This document shows positions 63,771-64,000 of a stretch of DNA of 64,000 nt, piece by piece. The notes under the pieces are model-generated. The model ran no database searches and was not told where the DNA came from. It worked only from the letters and a program-made list of their open reading frames with translations. The translations under genes and the position numbers were made by a program. The DNA is from an uncultured Dehalococcoidia bacterium (GTDB taxonomy: Bacteria; Chloroflexota; Dehalococcoidia; Lucifugimonadales; GCA-2712585). Location: positions 584,133 to 648,132 of the forward strand of contig OY282371.1 in the NCBI GenBank assembly GCA_958295715.1, written 5' to 3'. Position 1 is the first letter of the stretch; each line of letters starts with the position of its first letter.

Positions 63771-64000
63771 TCGTCATTCCCGCTTCTCCCCTCCGTCATT
63801 CCCGCGCAGGCGGGAATCCATCTTCCTTACCGCCGCTGCGATAGGGCAAGAACGCCTTGGCGCGACCTAGCCCCGTTGGGGTCAAACTCGCGTGAGGGGA
63901 CTACGGGTGATGCCGGGGTTTGGGGCGTTGGTTCTGCTGTGCAGGGTTCCTGGATTCCCGCCTTCGCGGGAATGAGGGGCAGAGTGTGCGGAGAATGACG
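63771..64000. repeat. mosaic intergenic repeat block (runs off window end)
   Basis: Half-site at 63773. Hairpins at about 63797-63816 and 63953-63972. The RS tail ..GGGGCGTTGGTTCTGCTGTGCAGGGTTCCTGG resembles the RS-A tail. Confidence 0.88.

Overview
High-GC bacterial chromosomal segment (about 62% GC in the 60-nt lines I counted by hand), densely packed with housekeeping genes on both strands. All calls rest on motif recognition from memory and manual reading; no searches were run.

Gene content:
- rdgB-moaA-rnhA-moaC followed by one tRNA(CAT); htpX; trxB.
- A non-classical succinate dehydrogenase (sdhA, sdhB, CCG-domain subunit), mdh and icd.
- lexA, rpsT, rel, hisS, argS.
- recG-degV-yloV divergent from rpmB; rpe.
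- An arginine cluster, argJ-argB-argD-argG-argH.
- An Fno-like F420:NADP oxidoreductase.
- A TPP-riboswitch-led rluB-like/tenA/thiD operon.
- Two tandem 2-hydroxyacid dehydrogenases, ilvD and rmuC.
- No rRNA, CRISPR array, transposase or integrase was found.

Lineage: the rpmB<>yloV-degV-recG synteny, frequent TTG/GTG starts, Fno and recurrent TTGACn-17-TGgTAtAAT promoters suggest a Chloroflexota/Firmicutes-like organism. This is inference only.

Unusual features:
1. A 2.26-kb AT-rich single-gene cassette encoding a DUF262/DUF1524 (GmrSD/BrxU/SspE-like) nuclease. It is inserted at the 3' end of argS, bracketed by 64-bp direct repeats that duplicate the argS end. It sits next to a resident DNA methyltransferase fused to an Mrr-like nuclease domain. 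No recombinase is present.
2. Almost every longer intergenic region is filled with a mosaic repeat family. Its units are bounded by a 20-bp hairpin, ATTCCCGC-N4-GCGGGAAT, which matches the Neisseria dRS3/NIME pattern. The family includes a six-unit tandem array, an 8-copy half-site array with 23-24-bp spacing, and terminator-like sub-modules.
3. Two local tandem duplications are each joined or interrupted by a long poly-C tract (C21 and C18). One lies directly upstream of a glycosyltransferase. These are either contingency tracts or assembly artefacts.
4. Several gene-level oddities:
   - argJ has an in-frame zinc-ribbon leader behind a leaderless-type promoter.
   - A HesB-like protein carries a Cys/Gly-rich tail.
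   - An 83-bp x4 array forms the end of rmuC.
   - A DEAD-box helicase has a 3x26-aa N-terminal repeat and a long attenuator-bearing leader.
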